A DNA stretch of 59,201 bases, the filler included. It is 6 parts of 6 records of this genome, joined end to end, with 100 filler letters (N's around TTAATTAATTAA, not from the genome) between each part and the next. Parts side by side here need not be neighbours in the genome. Positions count along the whole stretch, not along the records: positions 36,940 to 59,201 come from SRR2962707_2468; 5 more parts are not named here. One strand, 5' to 3'. This document shows, piece by piece, positions 41,864 through 53,100 of the stretch (positions within the stretch are counted from its first letter, which is position 1; each line of letters starts with the position of its first letter). The notes beneath the pieces are model-generated. The model was given only the letters and a program-made list of their open reading frames with translations, ran no database searches and was not told the DNA's origin. Made by a program: the position numbers and the translations under genes.

Positions 41864-43513
41864 CCAGCCATTGGTAATGGGATAGCGTCTGTCTTTGCCA
41901 AAGCCCCGTTCGGTAATACGAACACCGATGGGGGCCTGGCGCCGCTTGTATTCATTGATATCAACCAGCCTGACCACCCTGTCCACATCCTCGCGCTCAA
42001 ACCCTTCCGCGACGATAGCATCAGCACTGTAATCACGCTCCACGTATAGGTTCAGAATCTGATCCAGCACGTCATAGCCCGGCAAGCTGTCCTCATCTTT
42101 CTGGTCTGGCGCCAGCTCGGCTGAGGGCGGGCGGGTAATCACCCGCTCCGGAATCACTGGTGACAGGGTATTGCGGTAGCGCGCCAGCCGGAAAACCAGC
42201 GTTTTCGGCACATCCTTCAGAACATCAAAGCCACCGGCCATGTCACCGTATAGCGTGGAATAGCCAACCGCCATTTCACTCTTGTTGCCAGTCGTGAGCA
42301 CCAACGAGCCAAACTTGTTGGACAGCGACATGAGCAGCACCCCCCTCAGACGAGCCTGAAGGTTTTCCTCAGTGGTATCCGGCTTTGTGCCCGCAAACGG
42401 TTCTGCCAGCGCCGCCATGAAGGCATCGTACATGGGCTCAATGGAGAACACGTCATACTGCACACCCAGAGCGGTGGCCTCGGCTTCGGCATCTTCCAGG
42501 CTGATGCTGGAGGTATACCGGAACGGCATCATCACCGCGCGCACACGCTCCTTGCCCAGGGCATCCACCGCAACCGCCAGTGTAACTGCCGAATCGATGC
42601 CGCCGGACAGGCCCAGTACTACCGACCTGAAACCATTCTTGTTCACGTAATCCCGTACGCCGGTCACCAGGGCGTTGTAAACATTGGCTTCCAGCTGCGG
42701 TTCTGGCGGTAACGGCCGAGAAATCGGCTGACAATGGTGCTCGCACAGGAAATCCACCGGGTACAGCCCCTCCTCGAACTGAGGCACCTCCGCAGACAGC
42801 CCACCCGAGTGGTCGTACGCCATGGAGCCGCCATCAAACACCAGCTCATCCTGACCGCCCACCAGGTTCACGTAGACGATGCTGACCCAGTTCTCCCGGG
42901 ACTTGCGCTCGAGCAAAGCCTTGCGACGGGCCTGTTTATCGATATCGTAGGGCGAGGCATTGAGATTAAGGATAAGCCGGGCACCCGCGGCGGCGGCATC
43001 CTCGAGCGGGCCATCTTTCCAGAGATCCTCACACACGGTAATACCGACGGGCTGGCCTTTAATGTCGAGCACCAGCGTGTCGGAACCTTCGGCGAAATAG
43101 CGCTTTTCGTCAAAAACCTGGTAGTTCGGCGGGAAGCGTTTGAAGTAGCGACCGCGAATCTGACCGGCTTCAATCACCAGCGCCGCGTTATATAGCAACC
43201 CTCCAGAGCGAACAGGAGCCCCGATGACCATCGCCGGAGGCAGTGCCGCACTTTGCAGCTTTTCCAGTGCTTCGCGCACGCGAAGGTCCAGACTTGGGCG
43301 CAACAGGAGATCCTCCGGCGGGTAGCCGGTCAGGCACAGCTCCGGAAAGACAACGATATCGGCCTGATGCTCCGCCCAGGCCCGCTGGGTTGCCTCCAGA
43401 ATCAGATCGGTATTGCCCGGAATATCTCCAACCAGGAAATCCAGTTGCGCCATAACAACGCGGAGTTTTCGGGCGGCGTTCTGGCTCTGGGATGTTTGAC
43501 CGGCTTCCGGCAT
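41849..43513 (-). CDS. nadE: Glutamine-dependent NAD+ synthetase
   Basis: Nitrilase-type domain (FPEL, FDEKRYF, VCEDLW) plus SGGIDSA, NLQARLRG, TGNKSE, PSAEL. ATG at 43513 with AGGAG RBS. Confidence 0.96.
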   Translation of the reverse strand: MPEAGQTSQSQNAARKLRVVMAQLDFLVGDIPGNTDLILEATQRAWAEHQADIVVFPELCLTGYPPEDLLLRPSLDLRVREALEKLQSAALPPAMVIGAPVRSGGLLYNAALVIEAGQIRGRYFKRFPPNYQVFDEKRYFAEGSDTLVLDIKGQPVGITVCEDLWKDGPLEDAAAAGARLILNLNASPYDIDKQARRKALLERKSRENWVSIVYVNLVGGQDELVFDGGSMAYDHSGGLSAEVPQFEEGLYPVDFLCEHHCQPISRPLPPEPQLEANVYNALVTGVRDYVNKNGFRSVVLGLSGGIDSAVTLAVAVDALGKERVRAVMMPFRYTSSISLEDAEAEATALGVQYDVFSIEPMYDAFMAALAEPFAGTKPDTTEENLQARLRGVLLMSLSNKFGSLVLTTGNKSEMAVGYSTLYGDMAGGFDVLKDVPKTLVFRLARYRNTLSPVIPERVITRPPSAELAPDQKDEDSLPGYDVLDQILNLYVERDYSADAIVAEGFEREDVDRVVRLVDINEYKRRQAPIGVRITERGFGKDRRYPITNGWKSGK

Positions 43514-43605
43514 GGACTGGCTCCTGTAACTTGTTGCCGTTAAAAGGCTATTATAACCCGTCAACAACAAAGATTTCTCCCGCACACAGACAGATGACTC
43601 GCTCC

Positions 43606-45252
43606 ATGGCTCAAGACACTGCCGACAAAGACAGCAAGCGCTCTGCTTTCGGGCCGCCGGCCAAGCAGCAACAGGGAAGGCTGTTCCGGATCTACAATCA
43701 TTATCGCGTGGTCATCAGCCTGATGCTGCTGGGCTTGCTGCTCTTCGATCCATTCACCACCGACAGCAAGTTCCGCTGGCTGGAGTACTACCAGGCGGGC
43801 GTGGTTACCTACCTGGCAATCAATGGCTTTACCGCACTGCTACTGCTTGCCGGCTTCCAGCCACGACAGCGGCATATCACGCTCTCCATTCTGATCGACA
43901 TACTGGTGATGCATGGACTGTTACTGGCCAGCACCGGTATCACTAATGGCCTGGCCAACCTGGTTATCATTTCGGTGGCGGCGGGCAATATTCTGACACC
44001 AAGCCGGATAGGCACCTTCTACGCGGCGCTGGCTGCCATCTGCTCTCTCGGCATCTCCGGCTGGGCGGTACTCGCCATCAATGAAACCGCCGACGACATT
44101 GTCCGGGCGGGCTCTCTGGGCATACTCTACTTTGCCGCGGCTTTTGTCCTGCAGGGCATTTCAAAACGGATGATCCGAAGCGAAGCCCTGGCCAGCAGCC
44201 GGGCACGGAGCATTCAGGAACTGGAACAGATCAACCAGCAGATCATCCAGCGCATGCGTACCGGCATCCTGGTGCTTGATCGTTTCGGCCAGATTCGGCT
44301 TGCCAACGCCGCCGCCGAAGAACTGCTGTTCGGTGTGAGCGCCGATGGAGAAGATCTGGAGCCCCGTGCAAGGCTACTGCCTAAACCGCTCAGGCAGGGG
44401 CTCGAAAGCTGGCTGAAAAACCCCAACATGCGGATTGAACCCTTTCAGGCGTCGTCTACCTCACCGCTTTTGCAGGCCAACTTCACGCAACTGGACCAGG
44501 AGCGGGGCGACCAGATTCTGGTGTTTATTGAAGACATGAGCAAAGTGACCCAGCAGGCCCAACAGATGAAGCTGGCCTCACTCGGACGCTTAACGGCTGG
44601 CATCGCTCACGAAATCCGGAATCCTCTCGGCGCCATAAGCCACGCTGCCCAGTTAATGGAAGAATCCCCCAGCCTGGATGAAGGGGATCTTCGCATGCTC
44701 GATATCATTCGCCGTCACTCCCGACGGGTGAATGGCATCATCGAGAATGTACTGGACCTCTCTCGCCGCCGGACCGCAAATTCCGAGCTGATAGATATCG
44801 GCCAATGGCTTCGCGAGTTCCGGGATGATTTCGTGCAGACGGTGAATGGGGAAACGGCCACCACGATCGAATTGAATATCAGCGAGCAGATTCCACAGGC
44901 TCGTTTCGACAAGAGCCAGATTGAGCAGGTGATGGTGAATCTGTGCGACAATGGTTTGCGGTACAGCAAACAGCAGACCGGGCAAAACAGGATACAATTA
45001 ATTGCGGGCGCCACGGCCGATGGCAAACGGGCTTACGTGGACGTTCGGGATTTTGGCCCGGGCATCAGTGCCGAGCATCGGCATTCCGTATTCGAGCCCT
45101 TTTTCACCACGGATAAAAGCGGAACCGGGCTTGGCCTCTACCTGGCCAGGGAGTTATGCGAAGCCAACCAGGCACACCTGTCGCTGGTCGATGACGGACA
45201 GCCGGGGTGCCGATTCCGCATAACGTTTGCTCACCCCGGGCGAATGATCTGA
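43606..45252 (+). CDS. pilS: Type IV pilus sensor histidine kinase
   Basis: Six TM helices, PAS-like region, LASLGRLTAGIAHEIRNPLGAISHA, FEPFFTT, GTGLGL. Start at 43594 or 43606. Confidence 0.92.
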   Translation: MAQDTADKDSKRSAFGPPAKQQQGRLFRIYNHYRVVISLMLLGLLLFDPFTTDSKFRWLEYYQAGVVTYLAINGFTALLLLAGFQPRQRHITLSILIDILVMHGLLLASTGITNGLANLVIISVAAGNILTPSRIGTFYAALAAICSLGISGWAVLAINETADDIVRAGSLGILYFAAAFVLQGISKRMIRSEALASSRARSIQELEQINQQIIQRMRTGILVLDRFGQIRLANAAAEELLFGVSADGEDLEPRARLLPKPLRQGLESWLKNPNMRIEPFQASSTSPLLQANFTQLDQERGDQILVFIEDMSKVTQQAQQMKLASLGRLTAGIAHEIRNPLGAISHAAQLMEESPSLDEGDLRMLDIIRRHSRRVNGIIENVLDLSRRRTANSELIDIGQWLREFRDDFVQTVNGETATTIELNISEQIPQARFDKSQIEQVMVNLCDNGLRYSKQQTGQNRIQLIAGATADGKRAYVDVRDFGPGISAEHRHSVFEPFFTTDKSGTGLGLYLARELCEANQAHLSLVDDGQPGCRFRITFAHPGRMI

Positions 45253-45301
45253 CCAGCTGGCCATCGGGCGTTTGAATTCAACAGGGAACCGAAGACACAG
45301 A

Positions 45302-46690
45302 ATGACTACACAGACAGCGCTGATTGTTGACGACGAGCCGGATATCCGGGATCTACTGGAAATCACCCTCACCCGGATGGGCATTACTACCTACACTGCC
45401 CCCGATCTGGCCAGCGCCAGGGAACTACTGCAGCAGCACAATCCCCAGCTCTGCCTGACAGACATGAACCTGCCCGACGGCAACGGTATAGAGCTTGTTC
45501 ACTGGATTCAGCAACACACTCCCTGCACCCCCGTTGCAGTGATCACCGCCTATGGCAGCATGGACACGGCTATCGAATCGCTCAAAGCCGGCGCTTTTGA
45601 CTTCGTATCCAAGCCCGTGGAGCTGCCCCGCCTGCGGGAACTGGTCAACAGCGCTCTGAAGCTGTCAGAACCCCAGACCGGCGAAACCGCCGAGTCCGAT
45701 GAGCCCGGCCTGCTTCTGGGCGACTCGCCGCAAATCCGGAAACTGCGCACACAGACGAAAAAGCTCGCCAGAAGCCAGGCACCGGTGTTTATCAGCGGCG
45801 AATCCGGCAGCGGCAAGGAGCTGGTCGCCCGCATGATTCACCTGCAAGGCCCCAGAAGTGACGGCCCCTTTATCGCAGTGAACTGTGGCGCAATCCCCTC
45901 GGAATTGATGGAAAGCGAGTTCTTTGGCCACAAGAAGGGCAGCTTCACCGGAGCCGTCGAGAACAAGCAGGGCCTGTTCCGCTCTGCCGATGGTGGCACC
46001 CTGTTTCTGGACGAAGTGGCCGACCTCCCACTGGCCATGCAGGTAAAACTGCTGCGTGCTATCCAGGAGAAAGCCGTCCGCCCGGTCGGCGATACCAAAG
46101 AAGTGCCAGTGGACATCCGGGTGCTCAGCGCCACCCACAAAAACCTCCCGGAACTGGTGCAGGAAGGCGACTTCCGCCAGGATCTGTTCTACCGGATCAA
46201 CGTCATCGAACTGGCCGTTCCGCCGCTGCGCGAGCGCGCCGAGGATATTCCCCTGCTGGCCGAGCACATTCTCCAACGCATAGCGCGGGAATACGAGTGC
46301 GACCCGGCCAAGCTCACCGCGGCCGCCATCGAACGACTCAAAGGCTACGAGTTTCCCGGTAACGTTCGTGAACTGGAGAACATCCTGGAACGCGCTTTTA
46401 CCCTGTGCGATGAAGACCTGATTGATGCCGGAGATCTGCATCTTGGCGGCGGTGTCGTGCCAGCGGGCTCCGCCTCCGCGACCAGAGAGACGGAGTCAGA
46501 AACGGATGCTGCCGCAGCTCCAGTGCCTGAGGGTGAGATCGATCTTGAGGGCTATCTGGAAAGCATTGAGCGCCAGGCTATTGAAAAGGCTCTGGAGGCA
46601 ACAAGGTGGAATAAAACGGCCGCGGCCAAGCGCTTAGGGATCAGTTTTCGGGCGTTGAGGTATCGATTAAAGAAACTGGGGATGGAGTAA
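45302..46690 (+). CDS. pilR: Sigma54-dependent response regulator
   Basis: REC domain, GESGSGKE, GSFTGA, FLDEV, Fis-type HTH LGISFRALRYRLKKLG. Confidence 0.95.
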   Translation: MTTQTALIVDDEPDIRDLLEITLTRMGITTYTAPDLASARELLQQHNPQLCLTDMNLPDGNGIELVHWIQQHTPCTPVAVITAYGSMDTAIESLKAGAFDFVSKPVELPRLRELVNSALKLSEPQTGETAESDEPGLLLGDSPQIRKLRTQTKKLARSQAPVFISGESGSGKELVARMIHLQGPRSDGPFIAVNCGAIPSELMESEFFGHKKGSFTGAVENKQGLFRSADGGTLFLDEVADLPLAMQVKLLRAIQEKAVRPVGDTKEVPVDIRVLSATHKNLPELVQEGDFRQDLFYRINVIELAVPPLRERAEDIPLLAEHILQRIAREYECDPAKLTAAAIERLKGYEFPGNVRELENILERAFTLCDEDLIDAGDLHLGGGVVPAGSASATRETESETDAAAAPVPEGEIDLEGYLESIERQAIEKALEATRWNKTAAAKRLGISFRALRYRLKKLGME

Positions 46691-46802
46691 TCCAGAAGTA
46701 GACTCAGTACTTAGAATCAGGCCAGCGGCCTGGGTTAGGATTGACAGGCTCTGAACAGGATGTACAGAGCTCATCAGATAACCTCAGACAAGGATGTTCG
46801 CT

Positions 46803-47369
46803 ATGCGTTACAAAATACTCAGTGGCGGGTTTACGCTTATAGAGCTGACCCTTACGCTATCTATCATGGCCATTCTGGCTACCTTGGCCAGTGTCTCCTG
46901 GCCCCAACTGATCACCTCAACGCGCCACACGGATACAGTCAATCAGATCCATCGCATGTTTGCCAGTGCCCGCTCACTGGCCGTCACCCGCAGGACAGTG
47001 ATCACTGTATGCCCACTTACACCGGCGCAATCCTGCATCGACGACTGGAACCGACCGGTTCACGTGTTCCTTGACGCCGACAACGACAAGCGTCCGGATA
47101 ATGGGCGTAGCCATCAGGTTTTCCACCTCAACGACAACCAGGCAAGACTCCATACTCGAACCGCCGGCCGGGGCTACTTCCAGTTCGCTTCAACCGGAAT
47201 GAGCCGCGGCACAATGGGGAGCATAGTGGTGTGCTCCGGGACCCAGCCGAACGGTATCAGAATGAGCTACCTGGCTCTGAATATCGGAGGACGTCTACGT
47301 AGCCTGGAGGACGAGGACCGGGACGGAACCATCAGGTTACCGTGGGGCACCACCGTGGTCTGTTCCTGA
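46803..47369 (+). CDS. fimT: FimT-type minor pilin (GspH/FimT family)
   Basis: G|FTLIEL prepilin site, ARSLAV, C-terminal GRLR. Confidence 0.8.
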   Translation: MRYKILSGGFTLIELTLTLSIMAILATLASVSWPQLITSTRHTDTVNQIHRMFASARSLAVTRRTVITVCPLTPAQSCIDDWNRPVHVFLDADNDKRPDNGRSHQVFHLNDNQARLHTRTAGRGYFQFASTGMSRGTMGSIVVCSGTQPNGIRMSYLALNIGGRLRSLEDEDRDGTIRLPWGTTVVCS

Positions 47370-47516
47370 TCGCACACCGGAATAGCGGGTACGAGGTCTC
47401 ATTTTATCAGACACTCGGACCGCTCATTCCCTGACAACTACCTTTTATCGCAAGACTCATGGACTGTACGACTCATTCTGCTGTAATTGAGGCTGTATTA
47501 ATGGGCAGGATGGCAT

Positions 47517-47999
47517 ATGAGGAACAGAACTGCGGGTTTTACGCTAATTGAGCTCATGGTGACGATGGTCATTCTCGCGCTTGTCGCAACCATCGCCATT
47601 CCGGGATTTGGCAGGTTAATCGATAACAACCGCCTGGTATCAGGTACCAACCTGCTTGTTTCATCCATCAAGCTGGCCAGATCGGAAGCTATCAAGCGTG
47701 GCGAGAACGTGACCCTCAGCACCGATGGCGGGCTCGACAGTGGCTGGTGCGTCCATGAGGGCGGTGCTGCCGGTGATTGCACAAACAACCAGATTCGTGT
47801 TTTTGAGGCTCCCGGCAATCTGACGTATACCGAATCAGCGGCCGACATCGTGTTTGACCGCCGAGGTTTTCTGGTACCGCAGGCAGCCCAGACATTTACG
47901 GTCGCTCCCGTTGGCTGCGCTGCCGGGGATATACGGTTTCGGACTATTCGAATCAGTCCGGTAGGGCGAACTGAAGTGGAAGACGGAGTATGCCCGTGA
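47517..47999 (+). CDS. fimU: FimU-type minor pilin
   Basis: G|FTLIELMV, ARSEAIKR, F.RRG; first gene before pilV. Confidence 0.82.
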   Translation: MRNRTAGFTLIELMVTMVILALVATIAIPGFGRLIDNNRLVSGTNLLVSSIKLARSEAIKRGENVTLSTDGGLDSGWCVHEGGAAGDCTNNQIRVFEAPGNLTYTESAADIVFDRRGFLVPQAAQTFTVAPVGCAAGDIRFRTIRISPVGRTEVEDGVCP

Positions 48000-48490
48000 C
48001 GATCAATTCCCTAAATGACACAGTGAATTCGCACAGCCCCATGGCTCTGACCCGCCAGGCAGGTATCGGACTCATTGAGATACTGGTCACCGTCCTGATT
48101 CTCGGTATCGGGATTCTGGGCGTCGCATCGACACAGGTGGTCTCCCTGCAGATGAACACGCAATCGCAAAGCCGCAGCCAGGCGGTTTTGCTCGCGGAGG
48201 ATCTGCTTGACCGAATTCGAGCCAATCCGGATAACATCGCCGGCTACGCACTGGCTCAAGGCGATGCCCAAGGCGCTGATGGCGGCGCCTGCGACACATC
48301 CTTCGTCCCGGCAAACGGGAGTGTAGCTGCAAATGATCTGGCAACCTGGGAAAACAACCTGGCTTGCCTGCTCCCGGATGCAGAACGCACAGTTGTCATT
48401 GACGGCCTCAACAACACGGTCACTGTGACGATCGACTGGGATCAAAACGACCAGGCAATGAACCCCGTAGTGGTGAGGACTCAGATCTGA
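47990..48490 (+). CDS. pilV: Minor pilin PilV
   Basis: QAG|IGLIEIL, RSQAVLLAEDLLDRIRAN, DLATW...LP. True start may be 48023 or 48041. Confidence 0.9.
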   Translation: MPVTINSLNDTVNSHSPMALTRQAGIGLIEILVTVLILGIGILGVASTQVVSLQMNTQSQSRSQAVLLAEDLLDRIRANPDNIAGYALAQGDAQGADGGACDTSFVPANGSVAANDLATWENNLACLLPDAERTVVIDGLNNTVTVTIDWDQNDQAMNPVVVRTQI

Positions 48491-49623
48491 TGGCGCACAC
48501 TATCCAAGCAAGAGCTCACGCTTCCGCTCCCCGTTGGCAATCCCAGCGCGGGCTTTCACTCGTGGAGTTGCTGATTGCAGTTGCACTGGGCCTGCTGTTG
48601 ACGCTTGGCGTCACACAGATTTATCTGAGCGGAAACGAAACGTATCGCCAAACCCAGGGACTTGCCCATGCTCAAGAGAGCGCACGCTTTGTGTCTGCGA
48701 TCCTCGCCCCGGATTTCCGGTCCGCAGGCAGCTTTGGCTGCCTCGCAGAGATGGGCCGGCCGCTGGACCAGGTTGTCGATAATCGATTGAATGGTGGCCT
48801 GCTGATGCCATTGGGGCGGCCCGTCCAGGGCTGGGATTTCAACGGCACCGGACCCGGCGACAGCGTTACCCTTCCCGCCGCTCTGAACACACCGGGTGCG
48901 GGCAGTTGGTCCTCTGGTAATGCTGGCGCGCAGCTGCCGGCCCAGTTGGCCGGCTCGGTACTGGCCAATTCAGACGTGGTCGTTATAAACGCCCTCACCC
49001 CCCTGAGCGTGCCTGTAAACGCAGCGAACCCTCAGAACGGCAACAGCATCAACCTCGTTGATAACTCCGAGGTGCCCGTCAACCGGATCGTACTGGCAAC
49101 ACTGGGAGACTGTTCTGAAGGCGAGTTGTTTCAAAAGAGCAATAACTTCAACTCGAGCTCAGTGACCATGGCAGGCGGCAATGTCATACCAGGCAATAAT
49201 GGCAACAATTTCAACCTGGCATATGACTCTGAAACACGAGTGTATGAATTTACCTCTATGGCTTACTACATCGGTCAGGGCACCAACGGCGAACCCGCCC
49301 TGTTTCGACGGCTGATGACACCGTTAGAACCCCCACAGGAACTCGTGTCAGGGGTCGAGACGCTGCAACTCCTGTATGGCGTCGACACGGTTGGAGACGA
49401 AGCCGCAGACGATTATGTTCCCGCCAACCTCGTGGCTAACTGGGATTCGGTTTCAAGCGTCCGATTTGCGGTAATCACCCGCAGTCGGGACGAGGTGCTT
49501 GATGAAGAAAACGATCGGTTGTTTGACGTCCTGGGCAGCGAAGTGTCCCAGGCCAACAACGGTGACAGACGAGTTCGACTGGTTTCCGTCGGCACCACCA
49601 CCATCAGAGGTAGAATGCAATGA
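48490..49623 (+). CDS. pilW: Minor pilin PilW
   Basis: QRG|LSLVELLIA, QESARF...DFRSAG, LVSGVETLQLLYGVD. Confidence 0.92.
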   Translation: MAHTIQARAHASAPRWQSQRGLSLVELLIAVALGLLLTLGVTQIYLSGNETYRQTQGLAHAQESARFVSAILAPDFRSAGSFGCLAEMGRPLDQVVDNRLNGGLLMPLGRPVQGWDFNGTGPGDSVTLPAALNTPGAGSWSSGNAGAQLPAQLAGSVLANSDVVVINALTPLSVPVNAANPQNGNSINLVDNSEVPVNRIVLATLGDCSEGELFQKSNNFNSSSVTMAGGNVIPGNNGNNFNLAYDSETRVYEFTSMAYYIGQGTNGEPALFRRLMTPLEPPQELVSGVETLQLLYGVDTVGDEAADDYVPANLVANWDSVSSVRFAVITRSRDEVLDEENDRLFDVLGSEVSQANNGDRRVRLVSVGTTTIRGRMQ

Positions 49624-50129
49624 TTGACGCAGTCTCCCCAGGTTATCCGCTCGCGAATGGCCAGTTTCCTGGACAACAGCAAGGCGCCACCCTGATCGTT
49701 GCCCTGGTCATGCTGCTGTTGATATCCCTGCTGGCTATCGGAGGCATGCAGGGATCCATCATGCAGGAACGGATGGCCAGCAACGCCCATGATGGAGCTC
49801 TTTCGTTTCAGGCATCCGAGGCAGCCCTGCGACAGGCAGAAGACGATATCCTGAACAGTCTGCCGACGCGCCTCACGGCTTTCGATGAGCCGCTGATTGC
49901 GACCCCGTGGCTCTGGGATGGTACCAATCCGACTCGCCTGGGCGTTGGTAATGCCGGCCCGGATGTCAGCGCACAGCCGATTTACCACATTGCCCGACTG
50001 GCCGATGTCTGCCCGATTGAACCGGGCCAACCCTGCTTTGAGAGGTATATGACAACTGCCCGAGCCCAAGGCGGCAGTGCCGAAGCAGTAACGGTTCTGC
50101 AGTCAACCGTTCTGCTACCGCCTCAGTGA
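49620..50129 (+). CDS. pilX: Minor pilin PilX
   Basis: QQG|ATLIVALVMLL (no Glu5, as expected for PilX), QERMASN, FQASEAALR. Confidence 0.92.
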   Translation: MIDAVSPGYPLANGQFPGQQQGATLIVALVMLLLISLLAIGGMQGSIMQERMASNAHDGALSFQASEAALRQAEDDILNSLPTRLTAFDEPLIATPWLWDGTNPTRLGVGNAGPDVSAQPIYHIARLADVCPIEPGQPCFERYMTTARAQGGSAEAVTVLQSTVLLPPQ

Positions 50130-50189
50130 TAAAGAAAACCACAAACGAACAACAGATTAGGATTGCTCATTCCATCCGGAGAGCCAGTT

Positions 50190-53100
50190 ATGAAAAAGAT
50201 CTTCCGCAAACGGCTACAGTCGAGAAAGCTGTCAAAGCTGACCACCTTCGGTGTCAGTGCGGCGTTTTCAATCCTGACAGTACAATCAGCGATCGCTCAG
50301 GTAAACCTGTCACAAGTGCCACTGTTTCTGAAGGAATCAGTGGATCCCAACCTGGTTTTCATTTTTGACGACTCGGGCTCCATGGGCTGGCGTTTTATGC
50401 CAGACGATTTGAGCGGGCGAGCGGGCAACAACTATTACTACTCCAGCCACGTCAATAAAATCTATTATGACCCGTCGGTGACCTACACACCGCCCTACAA
50501 GCCGGATGGCAGCAGCCGGTATCCGAACTCGTCCTACACCAACGCGTGGGTAAACGGCTTTGACCAGTCAGAAGGCGCCGACGATCTCAGCAGCTACATC
50601 CGTTTTGATCAGATTGGCAGCATCGAGGAAGGTTTCTACATGCAGTTCAACTCCTCAACGAGTTGTGACAGCAATCCCAGGCAGAACAGCTGCTATACAG
50701 CCGTACTGCTAAACAATGCCTCGGCCGAAGAAAAACAGAACTATGCCAACTGGTTTTCCTATTACAGCACCCGGGCATTGGCCGCAAAATCCGGTATCAC
50801 TGAAGCCTTCTTTGACCTCCCCGAGAACATTAGAGTTGGCTATGGCGCGATCAACGTCAACGGAAGAACCATTGATGGTGTTAACACTGACACGCTTGTG
50901 AGCGGGGTGCGTCCGTACACTGCGGCACGCCGACAAACCTTCCTGACCTGGCTGCACGGTAAGAGCATCAATGGCGGCACCCCGTTGCGGACCGCGCTCA
51001 AGGACGTTGGTCAATATTATTCCCGAACCGACAACCTCGGGCCCTGGGGTGAAGTGCCCGGCACCAATGACAATACCTCTCACATTGAATGTCGGCAGAG
51101 TTTCTCAATCCTGATGACGGACGGTATCTGGAACGGCAGCAGTCCGCAGGTTGGCAACATAGATGGAACCGGTGGCCCCACCTACAACAATCCCGATCCC
51201 AACGGTAAAAACTTCACCTACCAGGCGGTGTCGCCGTTTTCGGACAGCTATTCCAACACTCTCGCAGACGTGGCGATGAAATACTGGAAGACCGATTTGA
51301 GAACGGACCTGGCGAATAAAGTGCCGGTTTCCTCGACAGATCCGGCCTTCTGGCAGCACATGACCACGTTTACGATCGGCCTGGGTGTGACCGGCGACAT
51401 CAAGGAAGCCGACGCCCTGGCCGCACTGGACTCGAGCAAAAATATCACCATTAACTGGCCAGAGCCCGGCGCCGACCAAAGCCCGGATAATATCGATGAT
51501 CTGTTACACGCAGCCATTAACGGCCGGGGAGGCTATGCCAGCGCCCAGAATCCAACCGAATTCACCACTGAAATCCAGGGCTTCCTGGGCGATGTCATTG
51601 CACGTTCTGAAACCTCCGCATCCTCGGCAGCAGTAAGCTCAGCAGTGCTCCGCACCGATTCCCTGGGTTTCTTCGCTGGATTCAGGAGTCAGGACTGGTC
51701 TGGCACGTTAACCGCCTTCAATTTTGATCAGGGCTCAGAAGCCTGGAATGCTGAAGAAGTCCTCGCCAGCACTCAGCCGCAGGCGCGCAAGCTGATTACC
51801 CACAATGGCAGTGCCGGGGTTGAGCTGGAGTTTGCATCGGCCAGCTCGCTGTCGAATCTGTCGACGGCACAGCAGAACGCCCTGAACGCCGACCCCACGC
51901 TCAACTCCACCCAGGACAACCTTGGGCACAATCGAATTGCATGGCTCCATGGGGATAACAATGCCCACCCGACGTTAAGAGACCGGCTGGTTCAGGACGA
52001 CGGTGGCGCCAGCGTATTGCGCCTGATGGGCGATATCATCAACGCCAACCCCCAGTTCGTGGGTAAAACCAACTATGGTTTCGCACGGCTCCCGGACCCT
52101 GAGGGGGTCGCTTACCGGAATTTCAGGTCCACGTCCTCGTATCAGAACCGTGTCGATGCGCTCTACGTACCCGCGAACGACGGCATACTCCATGCGTTCA
52201 ATAGCGAAACCGGGGAAGAGTTGTTTGGCTACATCCCCTCCGAGCTATTGCTGCCCTCAGGGTCAAAAACCTACGCACGAATCTCTGAGCTGATGCAGCC
52301 AAACTACACCCATAAATATTTCATGGATGGCACACCCCGTGTCCAGGACGCTTATATCGACAAGTCTGGCGGTGGGACGCAGTCCTGGCGCACGGTGCTG
52401 CTGGGAGGCATGGGCATCGGTGGAAAAACCGTTTTCGCACTTGATGTCACCAACCCGGGTTCTTTCTCTCCATCGGATGACGTTCTATGGGAGTTTTCAC
52501 ACCCGAACCTGGGCTATGGCGTAACCGATCCGCAGATTTCCCGGCTGGGCGATGGCACCTGGGTGGCCCTGTTCGGCAATGGCTACAATGGCGACAGCGG
52601 GCAATCGAGCTTGTTCGTTGTGGATCTTGAGACCGGTACCCTGATCAAAGAAATTCAGACCGGAGCAGGCTCTGCCACCAGCCCCAATGGACTGGCATCA
52701 GTGACAGTAACCAGCTTTCCTGAAACCGACCCGGTAACCCGTTATGCCTACGGTGGAGACCTGTTGGGCAACCTCTGGAGGTTTGACCTGACAGGGCGAG
52801 TGTCTAATTGGTCCGCGACCAAGGTATTTACAGCGCAAAGTCCAGCGGGGAATAGCCAGCCGATCACTGTGGCCCCGCGCGTGGCGCTTAATCCAAACGA
52901 CAGCGATGAACTGGTTGTCGCCTTCGGCACCGGTAGTTTCCTCCGCAGCGGGGACGAAGGTGACTACGATATTCAGTCGCTTTATGCCATCAAGGATGAT
53001 TTGAACAAGAGCGGATTAGCGCGCTCAGACCTGCTGGAGCAAACCATCACCAAACAGGAAAGTATCAGTGTCAGCAAGGCATCCGGAAATGGATCCAATA

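Noticed and set aside
46700..46790. TTGACA and small inverted repeats upstream of fimT
   Set aside because: No properly spaced -10 or recognisable CRP-S/sigma54 motif; too weak to call.
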